Shown here: in pieces, positions 9,275 to 19,039 of the stretch
How positions within the stretch are numbered: position 1 is the first letter of the stretch
Layout of the letters: each line of letters opens with the position of its first letter
Source: Oculatellaceae cyanobacterium bins.114
GTDB lineage: Bacteria > Cyanobacteriota > Cyanobacteriia > Elainellales > Elainellaceae
Assembly: GCA_033764315.1 (NCBI GenBank)
Contig: JANRJA010000231.1
Span: forward strand, 1 to 42,595
Direction of reading: 5' to 3'
DNA: 42,595 nucleotides
Translations under genes and position numbers: made by a program
Notes under the pieces: model-generated
The model's database searches: none
What the model saw: only the letters and a program-made list of their open reading frames with translations
Told to the model about the DNA's origin: nothing

Positions 9275-9351
9275 TTTTGGTTTTGCACCAAAACTAGCAC
9301 AGCCTCGATTTAGACCTCCCTGCCCGTAACCCTACTTTCCACGAACCCACT

Positions 9352-10272
9352 CTGACCTCTACCGATCTTTACACTGTTTCTGGTCTAGCCCTCTGGCAAT
9401 GGCGTGCTGCAGCTCGTCAACAGACGATCGCCGCCAAAGTACCAATTGCCGAACTTGATTGGTTTTTACAAGCAATAGCTGACTTAGACCGTCTGTCATT
9501 GCGACTGGAAACCTTTAAAGAGCGATCGCAGATTGTCCTCAAGATATCCTTTGTCGATCTGCAACAACGCTGGCAACAACGCTTACAAGAGCAAGTCCCT
9601 GTTCAATATCTAGCGGGAACCACTCCCTGGCGGCAATTGACGTTGAAAGTTGCCCCAGGCGTGTTGATCCCCAGACCTGAAACCGAAGGAATTATTGATT
9701 TAGCTTTGATGGCGATCGCCGATCACCCCCCAGATTTTGCCCAGGGACACTGGGTAGACTTAGGCACTGGCAGTGGCGCGATCGCCATTGGTTTGGCAGA
9801 TGCCCTACCCCATGCCACCCTTCATGCAGTAGACTGCAGTGCTGCTGCGCTGGCGATCGCCCAAGAGAACGCTCAAACCCTCGGCTTTGCCTCTAGAATT
9901 CACTTTTATCAAGGGCATTGGTTTGATCCCCTGGCTCATCTTGCAGGGCAACTCAGCGGCATGGTGTCCAATCCACCCTACATTCCCCATCCTCTGATCC
10001 CCACTTTGCAACCCGAAGTAGATCGTCATGAACCTCATCTCGCCTTAGACGGTGGCCCAGACGGATTAGACGCTATTCGGTACTTAATTGCGATCGCCCC
10101 TCGCTACCTCAAACCCGACGGCATCTGGCTCATCGAAATGATGGCAGGACAAGCCGACTCAGTCACCCACTTACTTCAGCAACAAGGCCAATATGGTGAC
10201 ATCAGCATTCATCGTGACCTGGCAGGTCTTGAGCGATTTGCCCTGGCGTATTATCGTCCTAAAGAGCAATAG
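9352..10272 (+). CDS. prmC: Peptide chain release factor N5-glutamine methyltransferase; start inferred at CTG 9352 (ORF track start is TTG 9499)
   Basis: VPVQYL, VLIPRPETE, DLGTGSGAIA, SNPPY, HEPHLALDGG; upstream in-frame VSGLALWQWR..ELDWFL..LDRLSLR resembles the usual cyanobacterial N-terminus. Confidence 0.93.
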   Translation: MTSTDLYTVSGLALWQWRAAARQQTIAAKVPIAELDWFLQAIADLDRLSLRLETFKERSQIVLKISFVDLQQRWQQRLQEQVPVQYLAGTTPWRQLTLKVAPGVLIPRPETEGIIDLALMAIADHPPDFAQGHWVDLGTGSGAIAIGLADALPHATLHAVDCSAAALAIAQENAQTLGFASRIHFYQGHWFDPLAHLAGQLSGMVSNPPYIPHPLIPTLQPEVDRHEPHLALDGGPDGLDAIRYLIAIAPRYLKPDGIWLIEMMAGQADSVTHLLQQQGQYGDISIHRDLAGLERFALAYYRPKEQ

Positions 10273-10385
10273 GAACAGGGGTTCTACCGTTAGGGCTTTA
10301 GCGTGAGCATTCAGCGTTTGACTGAGGGGTCACGTCAAAACCCCTGCACCCATCCTCATCTAAATGCATATCAGCCATAACTCTT

Positions 10386-11012
10386 ATGCCTCAAGTCACT
10401 CTCACCGAATTCGTCAAAGCAGCTCAAACTGGCGATCGCGTCCTCAGTTTTCCTACCGACACAGTTCCTGCACTTGCCGTTCGTCCCGATCGCGCCGAGT
10501 TGATCTTTGCCGCCAAACAACGCAGTCAAACCAAACCTCTGATTTTGATGGCAGCAGAGGCAACCGATCTCTGGCAATATGTCACAGGCAGCGATGCAGA
10601 ACGACAGATCTGGCAATCGGTGATGCAGCAACACTGGCCAGGAGCCTTAACTCTTGTTCTCCCGGCGAGCGATCGCCTGCCTCCTCAAGTCAACCCAATG
10701 AACCCCACCAGCATCGGGATTCGCGTACCCAATAGTGCGATCGCTCGCCACATTCTCAGCCAAACTGGTCCCCTCGCCACCACCAGTGCCAACCAATCAG
10801 GTCAACCACCTCTGCAAACCCAAATCGAGATCGAAACTCACTTTCCAGAAGTGTTCACACTGTTGCCCTCTGCATTAGAAGCTCTAGCATCTGTTGGCAT
10901 TCATGATGGTTGTGACCCATCGCTGCCAACCGGCAATGGCACCCCTTCCACCGTTGCTCAGTGGACTGCTCAAGGGTGGATAATCTTGCGACAGGGTAGC
11001 ATCAAGCTTTAG
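10386..11012 (+). CDS. tsaC: L-threonylcarbamoyladenylate synthase (YrdC/Sua5)
   Basis: FPTDTV, KQRSQTKPLI, WPGALTLV, GIRVP, LATTSANQSG, PSTV, ILRQG. Confidence 0.93.
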   Translation: MPQVTLTEFVKAAQTGDRVLSFPTDTVPALAVRPDRAELIFAAKQRSQTKPLILMAAEATDLWQYVTGSDAERQIWQSVMQQHWPGALTLVLPASDRLPPQVNPMNPTSIGIRVPNSAIARHILSQTGPLATTSANQSGQPPLQTQIEIETHFPEVFTLLPSALEALASVGIHDGCDPSLPTGNGTPSTVAQWTAQGWIILRQGSIKL

Positions 11013-11154
11013 CAGCCATTTGCGATCGCAAATTCTCATCATTCATCATCACAAAACAGGCGCACTGTAGAGGCTTAGCAGATGGCAAACATGAGCAACT
11101 CAGGACGAATGGTTTCTACCCTTTATCCTTCACCCTTCATCCTTGCCCCTCTCC

Positions 11155-11580
11155 CTATTCGCCTTCCTTGTGCAACGTCGCCTCTAACATCAAGCAATTT
11201 TGCCCATTAATCTGCAAGCGATATTCCACCTTATCCATCAAGCGGTTTAAAATCAGCCAGCCATATCCCCCTTCTTGATGTTGGTCTGGGGCAGGTGGCA
11301 AATAGGTCGAGAGATCAAAACCTTTTCCGTGATCCCAAATCTCTAAATAGATATCTCGTTCTTTTAGCTCTAACCGCATCAACACTGGCAGATTAGGCTG
11401 ATCTCGGTGAGCGTGACGCACAACATTTGAATAAGCCTCAACTAACACAAGGCGCAACCGATTCGCCTGCCGAGGCCAATCCACATGATTACCCAACTCA
11501 ATCTCTAGAGCACCGAGTAACCAGTTCTCCACAATGTTTAAAAATTTCAAATCACTGGGTACATGGAGTTCAGTTCGCAT
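11155..11580 (-). CDS. Anti-sigma factor / RsbW-like Ser kinase (HATPase_c)
   Basis: EAYSNVVRHA N box, WDHGKGFD G1, EGGYGWLILNRLMD G2. Confidence 0.9.
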   Translation of the reverse strand: MRTELHVPSDLKFLNIVENWLLGALEIELGNHVDWPRQANRLRLVLVEAYSNVVRHAHRDQPNLPVLMRLELKERDIYLEIWDHGKGFDLSTYLPPAPDQHQEGGYGWLILNRLMDKVEYRLQINGQNCLMLEATLHKEGE

Positions 11581-11583
11581 CGG

Positions 11584-13320
11584 CTACAACACCTCCAGAG
11601 ACAATATAGTCTGGTCATCCTCTTGAATCGGCGTATGAGCCTGAATATCTGCCAGAAGATGGTCTAAGTCAAGCGACTCTCCTGTCTGCGCCAAGAGTTG
11701 CCATAACCCCTGTTGCTTTAACATCGAGCCTTTTTCCTGATTATCTCCTGTTCGATGAACAATCGTTGCCTCGGTAATGCCGTCACTAGCCAGCAGCAAT
11801 ACTTCTCCTGGCTTTAGGAGAAGCTCTCCAGCAGCAGCCTGCCAGACAGGTAAAATTCCTAGAGGCACACCCCTCACTTTTAGATAGGTTGGCTCTACAG
11901 AGATGGGTTCAGAGGAATAACCAGATTGCGCCGCCACCAATTGCGCCGCCACTAATTGACGGGACCAAACCAGCGGATAGATATGTCCAGCATTGGCGTA
12001 AACCAACTGCCGCGTTAATGGGTTATAGCGGGCTAAAACCATCGTAATAAAGCAGTTGTTACTCACCAAATCTTCCGACAGGCTACTATTCAAATTCTGC
12101 ATGATCACGTTGGGAGCGGGGGGCATCTCTTGAGACAATTCTCGTCTCAACACCGAGATTGCACTCGCCATAAACAAGGCTGCTGGTACTCCTTTACCAG
12201 AGACATCCCCAACGGCTAGCCAGATGTCGCCCTGGGGATGCACATAGACCTCAAAGAAATCACCTCCAACCTCACGCGCCGGATAGCAGCACGCCTGCAC
12301 CTTGACATGCTCTAAGGTGGGCAGTTTTTGGCGTAGCAAATTACTTTGAATCTGCCGTGCGACGGCTAACTCTGCCCGCATTTGCTCAGTTTGTTGCTGA
12401 ATTTGTTGATAGAGCTTTGCTTGAGAGATAGCCAAGGCCGCTTGTTCGGCAACTCCTTCTAACAAGCAAATATCTTCGATTGACCAGGTAGAGATGTTGG
12501 CATATTTGTAAAGCATGAGAACAGCCAACACATCTTGCTGATAAATCAGCGGCACGATGAGTTGTGTTATTCCATTGCCATTACTGTCAGTGCTTTGTTC
12601 CGTGCCAATCCGACGGGTTTCCATAACAGAAGCCAACAACTCAGGTGTGAGAATGGGCTTACTTTCGGCTTTAGTGGCAATGTCTGAGCATTGTTTTGAT
12701 GTGTGGGCAAACAACTCAGACAACCGATAAGATGAGTGGGAGGCTGACTTGAGAGACGTTTCGAGAGGATGCAAGATGCAACCATCGGCATTGAAACTCT
12801 CTCCCAGTGTTTCAACAATGGTTTGCAACATGCTGTTATAGTCAAGCGACTCTCGAATTGCCGTTGTAATGGCATTAAAAAGTGATTCTCGTTTGAGAGC
12901 ACGATTTAGTTCATTCGTTCGTTGCTTTAAAATCTGGTAGGTCTCAGCCGCCTGTTGAACCAAAACTTTTAACTCGTCTGGGTTCCAAGGCTTGGTGACA
13001 TATTTGAACACTTTCCCTGTATTGATGGCTCCGACTAAATCTTCTACATCGGTATAGCCCGTCAAGAGAATCCGAATGGTATCGGGAAATCGTTCGGCAG
13101 CGAGACTTAAAAACTCTGTACCGCTCATTCTCGGCATCCGCTGATCCGAGATGATAATTGCCATCTCTTCTTCTTGATTCAGGATCTGCAATGCTTTGAA
13201 CGCACTCTCAGCTTTAAAGACTTGAAATTCTCGTCGGAAGGTACGATATAGCAAATCCAGGTTGTCAGATTCATCATCTACGACCATTAACCTGAGTTTG
13301 CTTTTATCTGCTGGAGTCAT
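11584..13320 (-). CDS. REC-GAF-SpoIIE (PP2C, RsbU-like) phosphatase
   Basis: VVDDE..IISDQRMP receiver, GAF region, ARQIQ..VGGDFF..GDVSGKGVPAAL..NAGH..SDGITE..DDQT; ATG 13320. Confidence 0.93.
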   Translation of the reverse strand: MTPADKSKLRLMVVDDESDNLDLLYRTFRREFQVFKAESAFKALQILNQEEEMAIIISDQRMPRMSGTEFLSLAAERFPDTIRILLTGYTDVEDLVGAINTGKVFKYVTKPWNPDELKVLVQQAAETYQILKQRTNELNRALKRESLFNAITTAIRESLDYNSMLQTIVETLGESFNADGCILHPLETSLKSASHSSYRLSELFAHTSKQCSDIATKAESKPILTPELLASVMETRRIGTEQSTDSNGNGITQLIVPLIYQQDVLAVLMLYKYANISTWSIEDICLLEGVAEQAALAISQAKLYQQIQQQTEQMRAELAVARQIQSNLLRQKLPTLEHVKVQACCYPAREVGGDFFEVYVHPQGDIWLAVGDVSGKGVPAALFMASAISVLRRELSQEMPPAPNVIMQNLNSSLSEDLVSNNCFITMVLARYNPLTRQLVYANAGHIYPLVWSRQLVAAQLVAAQSGYSSEPISVEPTYLKVRGVPLGILPVWQAAAGELLLKPGEVLLLASDGITEATIVHRTGDNQEKGSMLKQQGLWQLLAQTGESLDLDHLLADIQAHTPIQEDDQTILSLEVL

Positions 13321-13749
13321 GCAATATTTCCTTCCCCAATTGCTGTGACACAACCACCAATAAATTGGGAAATTTGAGGGGGGACGGTTGTGATCATCAG
13401 GGTTATGATCTAAACCCTGGTGTTGCGGTGGGTAGATGCTGGAGACCCTCTCTTAAAAGATACCCGCAAGGGGAATCTGAGAGATGCCTGCCAGAAGTCA
13501 GGTTTTACTTGGGTGAAGGGCAGTCGGCTTAGCCCCACGAAGATGCACACACAGATGTACAGATGCACAGAAAAGGGTCTGATGAGTGACTCAGTTAGTT
13601 TGCCTTTTCACAGGATCATGGCTTTCAAATCAAAGTTACCTCAGATCAAGCAAAGACTAACAACCCTTCTTACAAAGACTTGAGCGATCGCACAGGGTTA
13701 TTTTTAATCTTTGTTCACTATAGATTTTTCTTTGGTAAATAGTCAAAGT

Positions 13750-14259
13750 TTAAGCAATATCACTCAGCAGACCAGCGGTATGCCAGTTCGCAGTGGTATA
13801 AGGAGCCGCCGACAAGACAGGAATGGTAGGAACGGGTCTAAGCAATGGTGAGGCAACCGGCGTTAATGAGGGTTTTGTAGTTTTTTGACGACGGCAATTT
13901 AAGAATTGGCTGAACTCAGACTGCATCACCTCAGTGCGATCGCTCAATTGTGAGACTTGTTGGCGATCGCGCTCTTGGTTCAAAGCGGTATAGGTTGCTG
14001 CATCCGCCGACCACACAACCAACTCTTTGCTCAAAGATGTTGCCAGTTTTAAGGCAGTTTGCAACGCTTGGATGGCGTCTGGGGTAATGTGTGTCACTTT
14101 GATTAAATCAACAACGACGACCTTGACAGCCTGGTGGATAGCTCGCTCTAAGATGGTCTGAAAGGTCAAATCTAGATGGCCGCAAGGCTGTACCACTAAT
14201 AACTGATGCGGTTGAACAGAGGAAGTAGATTCGTGATCAGATGAGAGGGGGTTCATCAT
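13750..14259 (-). CDS. STAS-domain (anti-anti-sigma-like) protein, degenerate
   Basis: LVVQPCGHLD..VVVVDLIKVTHITPDAIQAL..LATSLSKELVV; AGGAG just upstream of ATG 14259/14256. Confidence 0.65.
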   Translation of the reverse strand: MMNPLSSDHESTSSVQPHQLLVVQPCGHLDLTFQTILERAIHQAVKVVVVDLIKVTHITPDAIQALQTALKLATSLSKELVVWSADAATYTALNQERDRQQVSQLSDRTEVMQSEFSQFLNCRRQKTTKPSLTPVASPLLRPVPTIPVLSAAPYTTANWHTAGLLSDIA

Positions 14260-14656
14260 AACTCCTGGGGGCTTGAGGAGAAAAATCGTTTGATAGTGTT
14301 GACAACACTTGATTCTTATAGAATCCGGAAAAATAACTGGAAATGAGATGCAGCCCATCACGCAAAGGGTGTGTTTCTCATCACAAGGGTCTGGGTCAAT
14401 CGGGCTGGAGTACAATGTCCTCAAGCAAAACGGCTTCGTATCACCCGTTTCTCATTCATGACAGGATGGGTTCCACACTATTGACTTAGGTCTGTTAAGC
14501 TAGTCACAATATTCAAAATCAAAATTTTTAATCAAGTTACGACTAGCTACCCTTTTAGTGGCATTAGATACAGGGCTTTCTTTCAAGTCTGGTCTATCAA
14601 ATCTGTTTTTATAGTCACATTTTGTCTACCCTTTCGACTGATATCAGGACTCTTCA

Positions 14657-16264
14657 GTGACTCTTCAAGTTGAACATCTACCCCATACTTCTCCTGTGGA
14701 GCGACTCAATCGCCAAATCATTGTAATTCTGGATTTTGGATCTCAATATTCAGAACTGATCGCTCGCCGGATTCGCGAAACACAGGTTTATTCTGAAGTC
14801 CTCTCTTATCGCACGACAGTCGAGCAGCTTCGTCAGCTTAGTCCTAAAGGCATTATCCTTTCGGGTGGCCCTAGCTCTGTCTACGATGCAGGTGCACCCA
14901 AATGTGACCCTGCCATCTGGGAGTTAGGCATCCCTATTTTAGGAGTCTGCTATGGCATGCAGTTGATGGTGCAACAGTTAGGAGGCGGTGTAGAACGGGC
15001 AGATCGCGGCGAATATGGCAAAGCCTCCCTCTACATTGATGATCCCACTGATTTGTTGACCAATGTCGAAGATGGCACAACCATGTGGATGAGCCACGGT
15101 GACTCTGTAACTCAAATGCCAAAAGGGTTTGAGTTGCTGGCACACACCGATAACACACCTTGTGCAGCGATCGCCCACCACACCAAAAAGTGCTATGGAG
15201 TCCAGTTTCATCCAGAAGTTGTGCACTCTGAAGGGGGTCTTGCCTTAATTCGCAATTTTGTCTATCACATCTGTGATTGCGAACCCACCTGGACAACCGC
15301 TGCCTTTGTTGAAGAATCGATTCGCGAGATTCGGGCTAGAGTCGGTGAAAAACGAGTGCTGCTTGCTTTGTCAGGAGGGGTTGACTCCTCAACCCTGGCA
15401 TTTTTGATGCATCGCGCCATTGGGGATCAGCTCACCTGTGTCTTTATTGACCAGGGGTTTATGCGCAAGCATGAACCCGAACGGTTGCTAAAGCTATTCC
15501 GAGAGCAATTTCACATTCCCGTTGAATATGTCAACGCGGGCGATCGCTTCCTCAACAGCATCACGGGTATCACAGACCCCGAAGAAAAGCGCAAACGCAT
15601 CGGACACGAGTTCATTCAAGTGTTTGAAGAAGAGTCTAAACGGCTAGGTCCCTTCGATTATTTAGCCCAAGGAACGTTGTATCCAGATGTAATCGAATCA
15701 GCAGATACCAACGTTGATCCCCAAACGGGTGAGCGAGTCGCGGTTAAAATCAAAAGCCACCACAACGTTGGAGGACTGCCCAAAGACTTGCGCTTTAAAC
15801 TCGTGGAACCGCTCCGCAAGTTGTTTAAAGATGAGGTACGCAAAGTAGGGCGATCGATCGGATTACCCGAAGAAATCGTTAACCGCCATCCCTTCCCCGG
15901 TCCTGGATTAGCCATTCGCATTTTGGGAGAAGTAACCCCCGACAGGTTAGAAATTTTACGCGATGCAGACTTGATCGTGCGTCAAGAAATTAATCGACGG
16001 GGCGTTTACAGCGATTTCTGGCAAGCTTTTGCGGTGCTGTTGCCGATCCGTAGTGTTGGTGTCATGGGCGACCAACGTACCTACGCTTACCCCATTGTGC
16101 TGCGGCTCGTTTCCAGCGAAGATGGAATGACTGCGGATTGGTCTCGAGTGTCATACGATCTGCTAGAGATCATATCAAACCGCATTGTGAACGAAGTCCG
16201 GGGTGTGAATCGGGTCGTCTACGACATTACATCTAAGCCGCCTGGAACCATTGAGTGGGAATAA
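14657..16264 (+). CDS. guaA: GMP synthase (glutamine-hydrolysing)
   Basis: [46 protein letters not shown]. Confidence 0.99.
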   Translation: MTLQVEHLPHTSPVERLNRQIIVILDFGSQYSELIARRIRETQVYSEVLSYRTTVEQLRQLSPKGIILSGGPSSVYDAGAPKCDPAIWELGIPILGVCYGMQLMVQQLGGGVERADRGEYGKASLYIDDPTDLLTNVEDGTTMWMSHGDSVTQMPKGFELLAHTDNTPCAAIAHHTKKCYGVQFHPEVVHSEGGLALIRNFVYHICDCEPTWTTAAFVEESIREIRARVGEKRVLLALSGGVDSSTLAFLMHRAIGDQLTCVFIDQGFMRKHEPERLLKLFREQFHIPVEYVNAGDRFLNSITGITDPEEKRKRIGHEFIQVFEEESKRLGPFDYLAQGTLYPDVIESADTNVDPQTGERVAVKIKSHHNVGGLPKDLRFKLVEPLRKLFKDEVRKVGRSIGLPEEIVNRHPFPGPGLAIRILGEVTPDRLEILRDADLIVRQEINRRGVYSDFWQAFAVLLPIRSVGVMGDQRTYAYPIVLRLVSSEDGMTADWSRVSYDLLEIISNRIVNEVRGVNRVVYDITSKPPGTIEWE

Positions 16265-16347
16265 GCTTTCCCCACTTCTTGGCATCTATAAGGGAAATAG
16301 ACAGGCATTCTCCTAATTAGTTCGGGATATTGCAGTTTTCTAATAGG

Positions 16348-16420
16348 TTCTTGTGGAAAACCCACAAATTCCTGTGGAAAACTGCTTTTTCCTGTGGAAA
16401 AGGGGGGTTCTTGTGGAAAA
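16348..16420 (-). promoter_or_regulatory. Cluster of four co-oriented TTTTCCACA motifs (cyanobacterial DnaA-box consensus)
   Basis: TGTGGAAAA at 16352, 16373, 16393 and 16412 on the + strand, each preceded by TTCY. Confidence 0.7.
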
Positions 16421-16453
16421 AAACCCGCTTTTCCTACAAGTTTCATGATTTTC

Positions 16454-16957
16454 CTAACCCCCAATCAAGCTCTGCAACAACTTCACTAGAAGAAAAACTA
16501 GAGTGATGATGCCAACTCCCAACAACACCAACCCAATCACCACAGCTATCACAAACCAGCGATCGGCTGCTCGCTGAGGACGTGGATTTGCCACATGCGC
16601 TTCTAGTAATGCTAGATTACGAGCATTTGCCTTCCAGGTGACATCAAAAATATCTCCTAAAACAGGCACCGAACCTACGACCGCATCCATTAATAGATTG
16701 GTTGACATGCGGATAATAGTCTCTTTGGGCAGGCGAAATCGCAGAGCCTCTAACACAATGTAGGCTGACAATACAAATCCAACTGCATCTCCCCCACCTG
16801 GCAGCAACCCTAATAGAGGGTCTAGCCCAACTCGATAGGACGTTCCTGGAATCTGAACAGCATTGTCTAACAATTTTCCGACAACACGAACACGCTGGAG
16901 AGCCTGCTCATCATGAGCCTGAAGGCGACTACCCTGAGGTCTTGGATGTGGTTCCAT
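16454..16957 (-). CDS. DUF4112 membrane protein
   Basis: LLDNAVQIPGT..VGLDPLLGLLPGGGD..VGSVPVLGDIFDVTWKANARN. Confidence 0.92.
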   Translation of the reverse strand: MEPHPRPQGSRLQAHDEQALQRVRVVGKLLDNAVQIPGTSYRVGLDPLLGLLPGGGDAVGFVLSAYIVLEALRFRLPKETIIRMSTNLLMDAVVGSVPVLGDIFDVTWKANARNLALLEAHVANPRPQRAADRWFVIAVVIGLVLLGVGIITLVFLLVKLLQSLIGG

Positions 16958-17029
16958 TCCTAACGTTTGAATGAGATTGTCTCTCAGACTCTAGCACCAT
17001 TACTGATCAGCAACATCACAGGTTAACTA

Positions 17030-17140
17030 AGGTCGAGGGTTAAACAGGTCAAGGCTTAAACCCTTCCCCCGATGCATTTCACTAATGGATTTTACTAATA
17101 CACTTCACCTCTGATGCATTTCACCCCTGATGCATTTCAC
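17030..17140. repeat. Two adjacent short tandem repeat tracts
   Basis: AGGTCGAGGGTTAAAC/AGGTCAAGGCTTAAAC (17030-17061), then GATGCATTTCAC x3 with two degenerate copies (17071-17140). Confidence 0.8.
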
Positions 17141-17335
17141 TTATGCAATTTTGTGACCGGCTGCAACGATCAGTTCCTTAAACGTTTCCTCAGAGGCTTT
17201 AGACTCAACCGTCACCGTCTTTGCCTCGGCGTCCACTTCAACACGGGCATTGGGTTCAGATGTCAAAATTGTTTCCTTCAGTGCCTTTGCTGCTTCAGGA
17301 CTATTTAAAGTCGGAACGTTAAGTGTTAGTGCCAT
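17141..17335 (-). CDS. HMA-fold Atx1/CopZ-like small protein lacking CxxC
   Basis: 64 aa; LNVPT..(NSPEAA)..I...EPNARVEVD...KTVTVES..SEE...I.AAGH follows the cyanobacterial Atx1 pattern. Confidence 0.8.
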   Translation of the reverse strand: MALTLNVPTLNSPEAAKALKETILTSEPNARVEVDAEAKTVTVESKASEETFKELIVAAGHKIA

Positions 17336-17566
17336 GTCACTTGGATATCAATTACTTCAACTTGATTGTCTGCTTTGAAATTCAAGGTTGGACACTGGCT
17401 GAAGATAGATGTTGGTGGGGTGTCAATCGCAACTTGATCCCTGACCATTACCTCCTCATCCTTAACCATCAGCCATTCACCACTCAGTCCACAGCCCCAT
17501 TTGTTACACTGAACAAGCATGCGGTTTTTAGTCATCTCCCTATTTGCTAGTTAAGGATGCCCATTT

Positions 17567-19036
17567 ATGCCGTCCACTCTTCTTCTTTCTAAAGAATTGC
17601 CCACCTTAAAGTATGTGGCGACGGGCGATCGCTTTGATCAAACGTGGGAAGCTCCCCTCGCCACATTGTTGGGATTAGGACGGGCAGCAGGAGCTGACTT
17701 CGTTGAGTTTTTTCTAGAACGGGTCAACTACATCAGTTGTTTAGCTGAAGACGACGCAATTACCAGCATTTCCCCTAGTCTCTCCACTGGGGCAGGCGTC
17801 CGCGTTTTTCGAGGTAAAGCGGATTGTTATGTCAGCACCAATGACTTATCGTTTACAGGTCTCAAAGCCGCTCTTGAAAAAGGGTTGTCTATCTTAGGTT
17901 TACATTTACCCGCTCCGAATGCATTTGTTCCTGAGATCAATTTGGAACTGCTACGAGATTACGCAACTGCTCGGAATAAAGAAGGCTGGCTATCTGCCTG
18001 TAGCTCCATGCAAGAAATGGGTGAAATCTTGCTCAGTGCCACAGCACAACTCGATCGCACCGCCAGTCACGCTCAATCTCGCCGTGCTTCTTATTTTCGA
18101 GATTGGCAAGAAGTGTTAGTCGCCGCCAGCGATGGCACCTTTGCTAGAGATATTCGTCTCAACCAGTCAGTGGGTTACAGCCTCTTATGTGCCGATGGAG
18201 CCAATCGTTCCTCAATCAGCAAACGAGTCGGCAGCAGCAGTGATCCCGCTTTTTTGCGGGGATGGAGCTATGCTACAGACGCTGGTGAAGTTGCTGATTC
18301 TGCCGGAAAAATGCTCTACGCCGATTATGTCGAGTCGGGCACCTACCCCGTCATCATGGCCAACCACTTTGGTGGCGTGATCTTTCACGAAGCGTGTGGG
18401 CACTTGCTCGAAACCACACAAATCGAGCGCAAGACAACCCCCTTTGCTGAGAAAAAGGGTGAGAAGATTGCCCACGAAAGCTTAACAGCATGGGATGAGG
18501 GGCTATCCTCCAATGAGTTTGGCACAATCGACATGGATGACGAAGGCATGCCTGCTCAACGCACCCTGTTAATTGAGAATGGAGTCCTCAAAAACTTCCT
18601 ATCAGATCGGGCAGGCTCAATGCGTACCGGACATCCCCGTACTGGAAGCGGTCGCCGTCAAGGATATACCTTTGCTGCGGCAAGTCGGATGAGAAATACT
18701 TACATTGCTCCAGGCGATTACTCAGTTGAAGACTTGTTTGCCTCTGTTGACAAAGGCATCTATTGCAAAAAGATGGGTGGCGGCAGCGTCGGCGCAACGG
18801 GAGAGTTTAACTTTGGGGTTGAAGAAGCCTACTTGATTGAGAATGGCAAAATTACCAAGCCTTTGAAAGGAGCCATTTTAATTGGAGAAGCCAAAGACAT
18901 CATGAATAAGATTTCGATGTGCTCTAACGACCTGGGGCTGGCCGCCGGATTCTGTGGATCAGTCAGTGGCAGTATTTATGTCACCGTTGGTCAACCCCAT
19001 ATCAAAGTCGATTCCATCACGGTTGGAGGTCGTTAA
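17567..19036 (+). CDS. tldD: TldD metalloprotease
   Basis: [40 protein letters not shown]. Confidence 0.93.
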   Translation: MPSTLLLSKELPTLKYVATGDRFDQTWEAPLATLLGLGRAAGADFVEFFLERVNYISCLAEDDAITSISPSLSTGAGVRVFRGKADCYVSTNDLSFTGLKAALEKGLSILGLHLPAPNAFVPEINLELLRDYATARNKEGWLSACSSMQEMGEILLSATAQLDRTASHAQSRRASYFRDWQEVLVAASDGTFARDIRLNQSVGYSLLCADGANRSSISKRVGSSSDPAFLRGWSYATDAGEVADSAGKMLYADYVESGTYPVIMANHFGGVIFHEACGHLLETTQIERKTTPFAEKKGEKIAHESLTAWDEGLSSNEFGTIDMDDEGMPAQRTLLIENGVLKNFLSDRAGSMRTGHPRTGSGRRQGYTFAAASRMRNTYIAPGDYSVEDLFASVDKGIYCKKMGGGSVGATGEFNFGVEEAYLIENGKITKPLKGAILIGEAKDIMNKISMCSNDLGLAAGFCGSVSGSIYVTVGQPHIKVDSITVGGR

Positions 19037-19039
19037 GTC

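Noticed and set aside
13579..13615. Hammerhead ribozyme core CTGATGAG
   Set aside because: No following stem II with GAAA or other supporting helices.
13354..13700. Riboswitch in the SpoIIE leader, and the 87-aa ORF at 13420
   Set aside because: Several hairpins exist but match no aptamer I recognise; the ORF has no motif.
16348..16420. CRISPR mini-array
   Set aside because: 13-bp repeats with 6-8-bp spacers are far too short, and there are no cas genes.
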